The position numbers were made by a program, and so were the translations under genes. Under the pieces are notes generated by a model, which had not been told where the DNA came from, did not search any database, and saw nothing but the letters and a program-made list of their open reading frames with translations. This document shows, in pieces, positions 18,693 through 28,519 of a stretch of DNA of 64,000 bases. This DNA is from Bacteroidales bacterium (lineage in GTDB: Bacteria > Bacteroidota > Bacteroidia > Bacteroidales > SZUA-534), in NCBI GenBank assembly GCA_046704385.1, contig JBJKSB010000105.1, forward strand, positions 165 through 64,164, in the 5' to 3' direction. Numbering within the stretch: the stretch's first letter is position 1; each line of letters opens with the position of its first letter.

Positions 18693-20246
18693 TTAGTTTA
18701 TCTTTTTAAGCAAATTATTTAGCGAGGTTTTTTCCATAACAATCTGTCTAACATTTTCAACAGGAATTCTTTCCTGGGCCATGGTATCCCTGTCGCGAAT
18801 AGTGACCGTATTATCCTCAATGGTTTGATGATCGACTGTAATACAATAAGGTGTACCAATAGCATCCTGACGGCGGTAACGTTTGCCAATGGAATCTTTT
18901 TCCTCGTACATACAATTCACATCATATTTCAGTTCATTTAAAATGTCGCGGGCTTTATCGGGCAATCCATCTTTTTTAACCAAAGGCAGAACAGCTAATT
19001 TTACCGGTGCCAACTCAGCCGGAATTTTAAGTACAACTCTTTCGTCAGTATTTCCGTTTTCCTGTGTAACCTTTTCTTCCGTATAAGCATTTGAAAGTAC
19101 TGACAGGAACATACGATCAAGACCAATAGATGTCTCTATTACAAAAGGAACATAACTTTGATTGGTTTCAGGATCGAAATACTGAATTTTTTTCCCACTG
19201 AATTTCTGATGCTGCGAAAGATCAAAATTGGTACGTGAGTGAATTCCTTCAACTTCTTTGAATCCCATTGGGAATTCAAACTCAATATCAGTAGCCGCAT
19301 TAGCATAGTGAGCCAGCTTGTCGTGATCGTGATACCGGTACTTGGATTCCTTAAAACCAAGGGCTTTGTGCCAACGCATGCGCGTTTCTTTCCAGTCCTT
19401 GAACCATTGTAATTCATCACCCGGACGAACAAAAAACTGCATTTCCATTTGTTCAAATTCACGCATGCGGAAAATAAACTGCCGGGCTACAATTTCATTA
19501 CGGAAGGCTTTGCCGATTTGTGCAATCCCAAAAGGGACTTTCATTCGCCCGCTCTTTTGTACATTCAGATAGTTTACAAAAATACCCTGTGCGGTTTCAG
19601 GCCGCAAATAAATACTATTGGCTTCCTCACTAACCGAGCCCAATTTGGTTTCAAACATTAAATTAAACTGACGGACATCAGTCCAGTTTTTCGATCCGGA
19701 AATGGGACAGACAATTTCACAATCTTCAATAATTTTCTTAATATCAGCCAGGTCGTCATCCTCTAACGCAGTAATAAAGCGCTTCTTAATGGTGTCAATT
19801 TTCTCCTGGTTAGCAATTACGCGCTGATTTGTAGCCCTGAATTGTGGTTCGTCAAAGGCATCGCCAAATCTTTGCGCGGCTTTGTCAACTTCTTTTTGAA
19901 TTTTGGCTTCTGTTTTTTCAAGATATTCCTCGATTAAAACGTCAGCACGATATCTCTTTTTCGAATCTTTGTTATCGATCAGGGGGTCGTTAAAAGCACC
20001 CACATGGCCTGAAGCTTTCCAAACAGTAGGGTGCATGAAAATTGCAGAATCAATTCCCACTATATTTTCATTTAGTTTAACCATGGCATCCCACCAGTAC
20101 CTTTTAATATTGTTTTTTAATTCGGCACCATGCTGTCCATAATCGTAAACAGCGCTCAACCCATCGTAAATTTCACTCGATTGAAAAATAAACCCATACT
20201 CTTTTGAGTGAGCTATAATTTTTTTTAAAACATCTTCCTGAGCCAT
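18693..20246 (-). CDS. glyQS: glycine--tRNA ligase (dimeric alpha2 type)
   Basis: 517 aa with class II aaRS motifs (LRPETAQGIF, FRNEI.AR.FIFR.REFEQME, GLDR) and a C-terminal anticodon-binding domain. Confidence 0.95.
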   Translation of the reverse strand: MAQEDVLKKIIAHSKEYGFIFQSSEIYDGLSAVYDYGQHGAELKNNIKRYWWDAMVKLNENIVGIDSAIFMHPTVWKASGHVGAFNDPLIDNKDSKKRYRADVLIEEYLEKTEAKIQKEVDKAAQRFGDAFDEPQFRATNQRVIANQEKIDTIKKRFITALEDDDLADIKKIIEDCEIVCPISGSKNWTDVRQFNLMFETKLGSVSEEANSIYLRPETAQGIFVNYLNVQKSGRMKVPFGIAQIGKAFRNEIVARQFIFRMREFEQMEMQFFVRPGDELQWFKDWKETRMRWHKALGFKESKYRYHDHDKLAHYANAATDIEFEFPMGFKEVEGIHSRTNFDLSQHQKFSGKKIQYFDPETNQSYVPFVIETSIGLDRMFLSVLSNAYTEEKVTQENGNTDERVVLKIPAELAPVKLAVLPLVKKDGLPDKARDILNELKYDVNCMYEEKDSIGKRYRRQDAIGTPYCITVDHQTIEDNTVTIRDRDTMAQERIPVENVRQIVMEKTSLNNLLKKIN

Positions 20247-20517
20247 ATTTATTTAAATATTTTCTAATAACTGGCAAAAATAGCGGAATTGTTTCTAATA
20301 AAAAATTTATTTCCACTGTCATAATATTTCTTTAAAAAATCCGGCACTCAATTAAGTAAACCCTATTTTAGATATATATTTCTTTAATAAAAAAATTAAT
20401 ATTTACTTTTGCCCAATCATATTTAATTCTCAATTAATGGAGGGTTTTATTGCCTAATTTGCTGTTCATATCTCTTTGGGCTTTAAAATCAGTATTTAGA
20501 GTTTTTTAAGATATAAT

Positions 20518-22080
20518 TTGGTGAAAAAGGAATTTGATTTTTTGGTGATAGGTTCGGGAGTTGCTGGTCTTGCATTTGCATTAAAAGTTGCTCCACATGG
20601 TTCAGTTGCAGTAGTTACAAAGTCGGAATTGCTTGATACCAATACGGCTTTAGCCCAGGGCGGAATTGCTGCCGTATTTTATGAGCCCGATAATTTTGAA
20701 AAACATATTGAGGACACCTATATTGCAGGCGACCGGTTTTCCAATAAAGATGTGGTAAGGATGGTGGTTGAAGAAGCCCCTGAAAGAATACAGGAGCTTA
20801 TTGACTGGGGTGCAGAATTTGATAAAGACAAGGCAGGACAGTATGATCTGGCTCGTGAAGGAGGCCATTCCGAAAAGAGAATACTCCATCACAAAGACAA
20901 TACGGGTTGGGAAATTCAGCGGGCGCTGGTTGAAACAGTTAAAACGCACCCTAATATTTCAATATTTGAACGACATTTTGCTGTCGACCTGCTGACTCAG
21001 CATCATCTGGGGAAAAAAGTTACCCGAAGCGACGAAGATATTGATTGTTATGGTGCCTATGTATTAAATATGGATACTGAGGAGGTGGACACGTTTTTGG
21101 CAAAAAGTACCATGATAGCCTCAGGTGGTTCAGGGAACCTTTATCAAACAACAACCAATCCGATTGTTGCCACTGGCGATGGAGTGGCTTTGGTATACAG
21201 GGCTAAAGGGATTGTAGAGAACATGGAATTTGTTCAGTTTCATCCAACGGCACTTTATAATCCTGATGAAAAACCTGCCTTTTTAATTACCGAAGCATTA
21301 CGGGGTTTTGGTGCAAAACTGAAAAATACAAAAGGGGTCGAATTTATGTACAAGTACGATCCCAGAGGATGTCTTGCTCCGAGAGACATTGTTGCCAGGG
21401 CCATTGATAATGAGATGAAAGTACTTGGTGATGATTTTGTATATCTTGATTGTACACACCTTGATCCTGAAAATTTAAAAAATCATTTCCCAAATATTAC
21501 CGCAAAATGCTTAAGTAAAGGTATAGATATAACCACACAATTTATCCCGGTTATCCCGGCGGCACATTATCAGTGCGGAGGAGTAAAAGTCGATTTAAAT
21601 GGTGAATCGCATATTCATAATTTATTTGCCTCTGGTGAGGTTGCATCAACCGGGTTGCATGGTGCGAACAGGCTGGCTTCGAATTCACTTAGTGAGGCAG
21701 TCGTTTTTTCACACAGGGCAGCCATGCACGCCATTAAGAACTTGCCGAATCGGGTTATTAATATGAAAATTCCCGAATGGAATTTTGAGGGCACAACACT
21801 TCCTGAAGAAATGGTGCTTATTACTCAGACTTTTAAGGAGATGCAGATGATAATGAGCAACTATGTGGGCATTGTAAGGTCAAATATACGTTTGGAAAGA
21901 GCACTTAGCCGGTTGGAGATTATTTACAGGGAAACAGACGAATTATATAAAAAATCAATTTTGTCGAAACAGCTATGCGAGCTGCGAAATTTAATTAATG
22001 TAGGATACCTGATTATCAAATCGGCACAAAACAGAAAAGAAAGTTTAGGTCTCCATTATAATATTGATTATCCCGTTTAA
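20518..22080 (+). CDS. nadB: L-aspartate oxidase
   Basis: 520 aa. FAD motif DFLVIGSGVAGL plus conserved FVQFHPT, HYQCGGV and GANRLASNSL. The start is TTG at 20518, or GTG at 20521. Confidence 0.9.
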   Translation: MVKKEFDFLVIGSGVAGLAFALKVAPHGSVAVVTKSELLDTNTALAQGGIAAVFYEPDNFEKHIEDTYIAGDRFSNKDVVRMVVEEAPERIQELIDWGAEFDKDKAGQYDLAREGGHSEKRILHHKDNTGWEIQRALVETVKTHPNISIFERHFAVDLLTQHHLGKKVTRSDEDIDCYGAYVLNMDTEEVDTFLAKSTMIASGGSGNLYQTTTNPIVATGDGVALVYRAKGIVENMEFVQFHPTALYNPDEKPAFLITEALRGFGAKLKNTKGVEFMYKYDPRGCLAPRDIVARAIDNEMKVLGDDFVYLDCTHLDPENLKNHFPNITAKCLSKGIDITTQFIPVIPAAHYQCGGVKVDLNGESHIHNLFASGEVASTGLHGANRLASNSLSEAVVFSHRAAMHAIKNLPNRVINMKIPEWNFEGTTLPEEMVLITQTFKEMQMIMSNYVGIVRSNIRLERALSRLEIIYRETDELYKKSILSKQLCELRNLINVGYLIIKSAQNRKESLGLHYNIDYPV

Positions 22081-22100
22081 TAAAGTTCATAATCATTGTA

Positions 22101-24257
22101 ATGAAACAGATTGTTCAAGCGATGCCAATTAATTTTTTTTCAAAATCCGTATACAGGAATTCTAATGATTTATTTTATTTAGGATTTAAATTTAAAGGTT
22201 TTGGTTACCATAATTTTAAACCGGTTTTAACAACATTGGGTTTTTTATTTATATTATTCTCGACGAATACTCTTTCGGCCCAATTTAAGTGTGCAACAGA
22301 TTATTACGATTCCATTGCTATAGCCCACGACCCAACCATTTTAACCAGAAGGGCTGAACTTAATAAATTTACAGCGCAATTTTTAAAACAAAGTTATAAG
22401 GCTACCGATACTATTGTAATTCCCATGGTTTTTCATGTTTTGCATGAATATGGCCAGGAACATATAACGATTGAGAAAATTCAGGTGGGAATTGATCAGA
22501 TGAATCTTGATTATAATGCCGGAAACACAGAATTAAGCTCTATTGTCAGTGAATTTAAAAACATTATCGGCGATGCTCAGGTTAGTTTCAGGCTGGCAAA
22601 AAAAGATCCTAATGGAAACTGTACCACAGGAGTGGTTTATTACAATACGCCCTTAACCAATGATGCTTCAAATAGTTTAAAATCAGTAATAAAAAACTGG
22701 GATCCCTCAAGCTATTTAAATGTGTGGACAGTTAAATCAATAGAATCAGGGGCTGCGGCATGGTCACAGTATCCGGGCGTAAGTGCTTATCTGGATGGAA
22801 TAGTATCACTTTACAACTATTTGAACGATCATACTTTAAGTCATGAAGCAGGCCATTATTTTAATCTGCCCCACACCTGGGGTAATTCTAATGAACCGGG
22901 TTTGGATTCTAACTGCAATACGGATGACGGGGTTGCTGACACTCCTAATACGATTGGGACTACTCAAAATTGTAACTTGGATCAGACTACTTGTGGGTCG
23001 TTGGACAATGTTCAGAACTTTATGGATTATTCAACTTGTGAGTCAATGTTTACAGCTGGCCAAACGGACAGGATGCAGGCTGCACTGCATTCCATTTTAA
23101 GTGGCCGCAATAATTTGTGGACTGCAGAAAACCGTCTTAAAACGGGTACAAATAATGGATATGTTGCCCCGATGTGTGCTCCCGTAGCCGATTTTACTGA
23201 TAATATTGCAGCTTATAATCCGGGCGACCCACTGGAATTTAATGATTACTCGAACATCTCAGTGCCAACCAGTTGGAATTGGTCGTTTGAAGGAGGAGAA
23301 CCATCTTCTTCAACGCTTCAAAATCCAACGGTAGTTTACCATACTCCTGGAGTATATCCGGTAACCCTTACTGTTAGTAATGAAGCCGGTGAAAGCACAT
23401 TAAAAAGAGACAGCCTGGTGTTTGTCCCCGATACACTTAAAGGAATAGTGGCTCCCGCTTTGGTTAATATGGAAGAAAAGGGTTTCCCCTATTATCCATC
23501 CGATATTTTTAAATCATGGAGTTTCGAAGATTCAGGTCATGGCAATTGGGAGCTGTTTAAAAATGGTAATACTGCCATGCGTATTAAAAACGACACGAAT
23601 ATCAACGGTACGGTTAATTCTTTGATAACTTCAAATATTAACCTGTCTAAAATTGACAATCCGGATTATATTTATTTTGATTATGCGTATGCAATGGAAA
23701 ACAGCGGATCAGACGATGAGTTGAAGGTATTTATTTCGCCCAATTGTGGAGAAAAATGGATTATCCGGAGTATCCAAAGCGGCAAATCGCTGGTTACAAG
23801 TGAGAATGAATTTGTAACCTCTGAATTTATACCCAAAAGCAGCGAATGGAAGCAGGGACGAATTGATATTTCAAATTATAAGGCCAACAATTATCTTAAA
23901 ATAAAATTCCAGGTAGTAAGTAATGGTGGAAATTATTTGTATATCGATAATTTACTTGTGGGGAGCCCAACGGGACTTGTTTCGCAACAATTTTTAAACC
24001 ATAGCTTCCGAGTATTTCCAAACCCTGCAAGCAATGAGATTAAGGTTGAATTTAATTTGTTTTCAGATGATGATGTTAAAATACAACTGACTAATATTCT
24101 TGGAGTTAATAAATATGAATTGGTAACCAAAGGTATAGCAGGTTCAAACAGCCAAACCATTAACTTAAAACATTTAAACCTGGCCGGTGGTATTTATCTT
24201 ATAACCATACAAGGAGAAAATATTCAAGGATCAAAGCGGATACTAATACAAAATTAA
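22101..24257 (+). CDS. secreted zinc metalloprotease (M43/pappalysin-like HExxHxxxxxH) with PKD, jelly-roll and T9SS C-terminal domains
   Basis: Zinc site: SHEAGHYFNLPHTW, with HEAGH at 22842..22856. PKD-like segment: PVADFT...WNWSFEGGEPSSS..NPTVVYHTPGVYPVTLTVSNEAGES. CTD: FRVFPNPASNEIKVEF...GGIYLITIQGENIQGSKRILIQN. Confidence 0.8.
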   Translation: MKQIVQAMPINFFSKSVYRNSNDLFYLGFKFKGFGYHNFKPVLTTLGFLFILFSTNTLSAQFKCATDYYDSIAIAHDPTILTRRAELNKFTAQFLKQSYKATDTIVIPMVFHVLHEYGQEHITIEKIQVGIDQMNLDYNAGNTELSSIVSEFKNIIGDAQVSFRLAKKDPNGNCTTGVVYYNTPLTNDASNSLKSVIKNWDPSSYLNVWTVKSIESGAAAWSQYPGVSAYLDGIVSLYNYLNDHTLSHEAGHYFNLPHTWGNSNEPGLDSNCNTDDGVADTPNTIGTTQNCNLDQTTCGSLDNVQNFMDYSTCESMFTAGQTDRMQAALHSILSGRNNLWTAENRLKTGTNNGYVAPMCAPVADFTDNIAAYNPGDPLEFNDYSNISVPTSWNWSFEGGEPSSSTLQNPTVVYHTPGVYPVTLTVSNEAGESTLKRDSLVFVPDTLKGIVAPALVNMEEKGFPYYPSDIFKSWSFEDSGHGNWELFKNGNTAMRIKNDTNINGTVNSLITSNINLSKIDNPDYIYFDYAYAMENSGSDDELKVFISPNCGEKWIIRSIQSGKSLVTSENEFVTSEFIPKSSEWKQGRIDISNYKANNYLKIKFQVVSNGGNYLYIDNLLVGSPTGLVSQQFLNHSFRVFPNPASNEIKVEFNLFSDDDVKIQLTNILGVNKYELVTKGIAGSNSQTINLKHLNLAGGIYLITIQGENIQGSKRILIQN

Positions 24258-24359
24258 AATACGGTTTGCAGGCTATAGCCGGGCGATTTATTTATTCCGT
24301 GCAGGGTTTGTATGGTTTAACAAAATCATGTAAGTTTGGGTAATATTAATCTTAATAAT

Positions 24360-27101
24360 ATGAATAAAAGGCCTGGTTTTGTTGTGGTGGTTATCGTTTT
24401 TGTAGTTGCATTAGTCGCATTCTATATATTTCTGAAAAAGCAGCAAAATCCCGGATTAAATGAATTTAGCGCCGTACCGGTAAATTCTGCCATCATTGTA
24501 AACATAAAGAACCCGGTTGATTTTTATAATGAGGTTTTTTTGAAAAATGGATTATTTAAACAACTCTCAAAACTTCCCGGGGTTGATATAATGAAGAGGA
24601 ATTTTGTTGAATTTGATTCAACCTTGGAAAAATGCCCAAAACTAAAGCATTTGGTTGAAAAAAATTCGATGTTGGTTTCATTTCACGACATTGGAAAAAA
24701 AGAATTTAAGCCCCTGTTTATTATTAAGGGCAATGGACGGTTTGAATCGAACCAGATATTTAAAGAGATAGAATCAATACTTGGGAACGACTACACCATT
24801 ACCAGTGAAAGATATAGTCAGGTTAAAATTTATAAACTCCAAAATGGTAAGGAGCAGTTTTATTATGCCTACAATAACGGACTTTTACTGGCCAGCTATT
24901 CTGAATTTTTAATTGAGGATGCTGTTCGTCAGTCGGAAAGCGATACAATTATTACCAATGAAAAGGGATTGGCACGATTACTTGAAACCGCCGGCGACCA
25001 CGCCGAAGCAAATATTTATATCCATTATCAATATTTTGGCAGCTTTTTAAATCAGATAATGTCAGCAGAATTCCTTGAAAGTGAATCAATTAAAGAAATC
25101 GGTGACTGGGCTGAGTTCGATTTAACCATGAAGAGTCAAACCTTGCTGTTTAATGGTTTTGCTTATTCCAACGCTGATCAGAACCGGTTTATGAACCTGT
25201 TCCAGGGACAAACGGCACAGAACATTAATTTTTTGAAATTTGTACCCACCAATGCGAAAAGTTTTAGCGGCTTCTCATTAAGTAATTATAAGCTGTTTAA
25301 ACAACATCTTCGGACTTACATGAATCAGATGGGCGAATCGGAACGATATGTGGTGAACAACAAAAATTTTTGTTCGGCTTTTGGTGATGATGCAGAAACG
25401 AATCTTGAAAAGATATTCAGGAATGAACTCGTGCAGGTAACACTTGCTAATGGGGCGTCACTTTTTTATGTTAAAACACAGGGCTTTCGCGATGCCACCG
25501 ATTTAATTAAAAATTGGTTGTCGTACTATTGTACCGAAAACCATAAAAACATCAGTCAGTTTATATCGAATTACTCTATTGATGCCGGATCAGTATTTAA
25601 AATTTATAAAATGCCGGTCGATTATATCCCAACCCGTCTTTTTGGTCCCTTTTTTAAGACCTGCGAAGCAAATTATGTTGCAGCATTCGGCGATTACCTG
25701 ATTTTTGGAGATAATTATAAAACCTTATCACAAACAATCTATGATAATGTACTTCAAAAAACGCTGGCTTTTGATGCAGCATTTAATCAATTTGATAACT
25801 ATTTATCATCAAAAGTAAATTACTTTGGTTTTGTTTCGCTAACCGGAAATGAAAAGATGCTTGAAGAAAGAAGCGAACCCCGTACTTTTAATTATTATAA
25901 AAATAATCAGAAAGTTATTGGCGATTTTTATGCCCTGGCTTGGCAATTTGCGGCCGAAACCGATTTGTACTATAATAATTTCCTTTTACGTTTTCAACCT
26001 TCGAACACCCTGAATGCTCAAACCGAATGGGAAACGCGACTTGATACTGTGATAGCATTTAAACCGGAGCTGGTAACGAACCACTATACAAAAGAAAAAG
26101 AGATTTTTGTTCAGGACGAGAAAAATAACATTTACCTCATTAATCATTCAGGCAGAATATTGTGGAAAAAGAAAATTGATGAACCGATTATGGGAGAGGT
26201 TTATCAGGTTGATTACTATAAAAACGGCAAATTGCAATATCTTTTTGGCACAAAATCAAAAATTCATTTGCTTGACCGAAATGGAAATTTTGTGGAACGG
26301 TACCCCATACAACTTGAAGATAAAGCCGCAGCACCGCTGGCAATTTTCGACTATGATAATAATAAAAATTACAGGTTGTTTATGCCCTTGGTTAATAATA
26401 AAATACAAGTTTTTGATATTGAGGGGAAAGTGGTTTCCGGATTTAAATTCCAGGGTACTGACAACAAAATTATAGCACCGGTTCAATATTTTCGTGACGA
26501 TAACAAGGATTATATTGTGGTAACCGATGAGTCCAGGGTATATATTTTAGACAGGAGAGGCAACAACAGGGTCGATCTTAAAGTGCAGTTCCATCCATCA
26601 GTAAATAATACTTTTGAATATCAAACAGGCAATAATACCCGACCCGGACGATTGGTCAGGACGGATGTTACAGGCACCATTTACTATATTTATTTTGATG
26701 GAACAGTTGAGCAGAAGCAGATACAGAAATGTTCCCCCAGTCACTATTTTGCTGTTGAAGATATTACCGGTGACCGGCTCAACGATTTCATTTTTGTGGA
26801 TGCAAATTATTTAAATGTATATGATTTATCGGGCAATAAGATTTATTCACATAAATTTTCAACCAATATTATTAATAGTCCGGCTTTTTACAGGTTTTCA
26901 GCTAACAAAACCCACATTGGAATAACGGAAGCTTCAGCCCTAAAAATTTACCTGTTCGATGAAAAAGGCGATTATCTTGAGGGTTTCCCATTACCCGGAA
27001 AAACAAATTTTAGTATTGGTTTCCTTGAATCGGGAAGTACTACGTTTAATTTAATTGTGGGTGGAAATGAGTATTATCTGTATAATTATAAATTAAATTA
27101 A
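24360..27101 (+). CDS. hypothetical N-terminally membrane-anchored protein with a C-terminal beta-propeller-like repeat region
   Basis: The ORF track starts at a TTG (24336). The ATG at 24360 gives MNKRPGFVVVVIVFVVALVAFYIF (TM anchor). The last ~330 aa show repeated strand patterns (IYLINHSGRILWKK, IHLLDRNGNFVERYP, IQVFDIEGKVVSGF, VYILDRRGNNR, LNVYDLSGNKIY, IYLFDEKGDYLEGFP). Confidence 0.65.
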   Translation: MNKRPGFVVVVIVFVVALVAFYIFLKKQQNPGLNEFSAVPVNSAIIVNIKNPVDFYNEVFLKNGLFKQLSKLPGVDIMKRNFVEFDSTLEKCPKLKHLVEKNSMLVSFHDIGKKEFKPLFIIKGNGRFESNQIFKEIESILGNDYTITSERYSQVKIYKLQNGKEQFYYAYNNGLLLASYSEFLIEDAVRQSESDTIITNEKGLARLLETAGDHAEANIYIHYQYFGSFLNQIMSAEFLESESIKEIGDWAEFDLTMKSQTLLFNGFAYSNADQNRFMNLFQGQTAQNINFLKFVPTNAKSFSGFSLSNYKLFKQHLRTYMNQMGESERYVVNNKNFCSAFGDDAETNLEKIFRNELVQVTLANGASLFYVKTQGFRDATDLIKNWLSYYCTENHKNISQFISNYSIDAGSVFKIYKMPVDYIPTRLFGPFFKTCEANYVAAFGDYLIFGDNYKTLSQTIYDNVLQKTLAFDAAFNQFDNYLSSKVNYFGFVSLTGNEKMLEERSEPRTFNYYKNNQKVIGDFYALAWQFAAETDLYYNNFLLRFQPSNTLNAQTEWETRLDTVIAFKPELVTNHYTKEKEIFVQDEKNNIYLINHSGRILWKKKIDEPIMGEVYQVDYYKNGKLQYLFGTKSKIHLLDRNGNFVERYPIQLEDKAAAPLAIFDYDNNKNYRLFMPLVNNKIQVFDIEGKVVSGFKFQGTDNKIIAPVQYFRDDNKDYIVVTDESRVYILDRRGNNRVDLKVQFHPSVNNTFEYQTGNNTRPGRLVRTDVTGTIYYIYFDGTVEQKQIQKCSPSHYFAVEDITGDRLNDFIFVDANYLNVYDLSGNKIYSHKFSTNIINSPAFYRFSANKTHIGITEASALKIYLFDEKGDYLEGFPLPGKTNFSIGFLESGSTTFNLIVGGNEYYLYNYKLN

Positions 27102-27647
27102 ATGCTGACAGGATTATTTTTAGGGGGGATCATTGTTTTATCATTCGACTTATTCTTTACCGGGCAAGTAACCGGGTTTTTGCAACAAAAAGTAAATAGT
27201 TTTGATTTATTCAAATTTTTGGTAGCGGCTCTTACGGTTTCAGTTTTTTTGGAATTGGGGGTTTTAACCGGTAAATTGTGGAATTATATTTCATCTGATT
27301 ATTCCAATTGGTACGCGGCTACCATATTTTTTGTTTTGACATTAAAACTGGTCCATGATGGCCGATCGTTGCACAAAACCAAAAAGAGTGTAAATCCGCT
27401 CAATCCAAAGGGACTTATCGCACTCACCATGTTTTCAGCAATAAATGCTTTTTTGGCAGGTATGGGTTTTGGTTTAATCAATATGGACATAAAATATGTT
27501 TTTTTAAGTTTTTTGATTTTTTATATCTTAATTTTGGCAGGTTATATAGTTGGGCTTAAAATCAGACAATTAATTGATTTAAAGACTGAGTACGTAGCAG
27601 CGGTTGTGTTTATAACAATAGCAATCGTATTAATTGTAAACTTTTAA
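27102..27647 (+). CDS. polytopic membrane protein, possibly MntP/DUF204-like
   Basis: 181 aa with about 6 hydrophobic spans. Two half-repeats weakly resemble the DUF204 SxDAFxxG motifs (LSFDLFFTG; FSAINAFLAGMGFG). The ATG abuts the upstream stop. Confidence 0.45.
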   Translation: MLTGLFLGGIIVLSFDLFFTGQVTGFLQQKVNSFDLFKFLVAALTVSVFLELGVLTGKLWNYISSDYSNWYAATIFFVLTLKLVHDGRSLHKTKKSVNPLNPKGLIALTMFSAINAFLAGMGFGLINMDIKYVFLSFLIFYILILAGYIVGLKIRQLIDLKTEYVAAVVFITIAIVLIVNF

Positions 27648-27651
27648 AAGC

Positions 27652-27879
27652 ATGTTAAAATTTTTATTGATATTTTTTATTGTTCTCTATTTACTGGGTT
27701 ATTTTGGCAGGCTTATTTTTAATTATTGGATCAGAAAAGTGACCAATCAGACGAATCAAAATAGTTATAATAATAACAAAAAAGAGGGCGAAGTAACGAT
27801 TACTACTGACACAGGAAATTCAAAACAATCAAATATTAAAGGCGGTGAGTATGTTGATTATGAAGAGATTAATGATTAA
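27652..27879 (+). CDS. small membrane protein, DUF4834-like
   Basis: 75 aa. N-terminal TM, a low-complexity linker and a C-terminal GGEYVDYEEI motif typical of this Bacteroidota family. Confidence 0.6.
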   Translation: MLKFLLIFFIVLYLLGYFGRLIFNYWIRKVTNQTNQNSYNNNKKEGEVTITTDTGNSKQSNIKGGEYVDYEEIND

Positions 27880-27957
27880 AAAATAACCCGGATAAAAAGA
27901 ATTAAATAATTTGGTTGAATTAAACAAAAACTATATATTCGCACACCGAAAATTAAC

Positions 27958-28041
27958 GCCCAGGTGGCGGAATTGGTAGACGCGCTGGTCTCAAACACCA
28001 GTGGGGTTAAACCCGTGCCGGTTCGAGCCCGGCCCTGGGTA
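27958..28041 (+). tRNA. tRNA-Leu (anticodon CAA)
   Basis: Acceptor GCCCAGG/CCTGGGT (G1-U72 wobble). Anticodon stem CTGGT/ACCAG with loop CTCAAAC. Long variable arm (GGGGTTAAACCC). T arm GCCGG-TTCGAGC-CCGGC. CCA is not encoded. Confidence 0.95.
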
Positions 28042-28045
28042 CAAA

Positions 28046-28071
28046 AGCCCTCCCGCTGAGGGCTTTTTTTT
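28046..28071 (+). terminator. rho-independent terminator after tRNA-Leu
   Basis: AGCCCTC / GAGGGCT stem (28046..28052 with 28058..28064), 5-nt loop, followed by a T8 run. Confidence 0.8.
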
Positions 28072-28079
28072 CATTTTTA

Positions 28080-28514
28080 ATGCCTATGTCAAAAGAGTCC
28101 TTAAAACAGCAAAATCTTGACTTACGGTACCTCAAAATGGCCCGTATCTGGGCAGAAAATTCGTATTGCAAAAGGAGGCAGGTTGGATCATTAATTGTTA
28201 AAAGCCGGATGATTATATCTGACGGTTACAACGGAACCCCATCAGGGTTTGAAAATGTTTGTGAAGACGAGGACAATAAAACCAAACCTTATGTTCTTCA
28301 TGCCGAGGCTAATGCTATTACCAAAGTGGCCAAATCAAACAATAGTAGCGAGGGTGCTACTTTATATGTTACCTCATCACCTTGTATGGAATGTGCCAAG
28401 CTTATTATTCAGGCGGGTATTACAAGGGTGGTTTTTTCCGATAGTTATCGGTTACAGGATGGAATTTTACTGCTCCAAAAAGCAGGAATTGATATAAAAC
28501 AAATTGAGATTTAA
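28080..28514 (+). CDS. dCMP (deoxycytidylate) deaminase
   Basis: 144 aa with the zinc motifs HAEANAI and PCMECAKLII. Confidence 0.9.
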   Translation: MPMSKESLKQQNLDLRYLKMARIWAENSYCKRRQVGSLIVKSRMIISDGYNGTPSGFENVCEDEDNKTKPYVLHAEANAITKVAKSNNSSEGATLYVTSSPCMECAKLIIQAGITRVVFSDSYRLQDGILLLQKAGIDIKQIEI

Positions 28515-28519
28515 AAATT

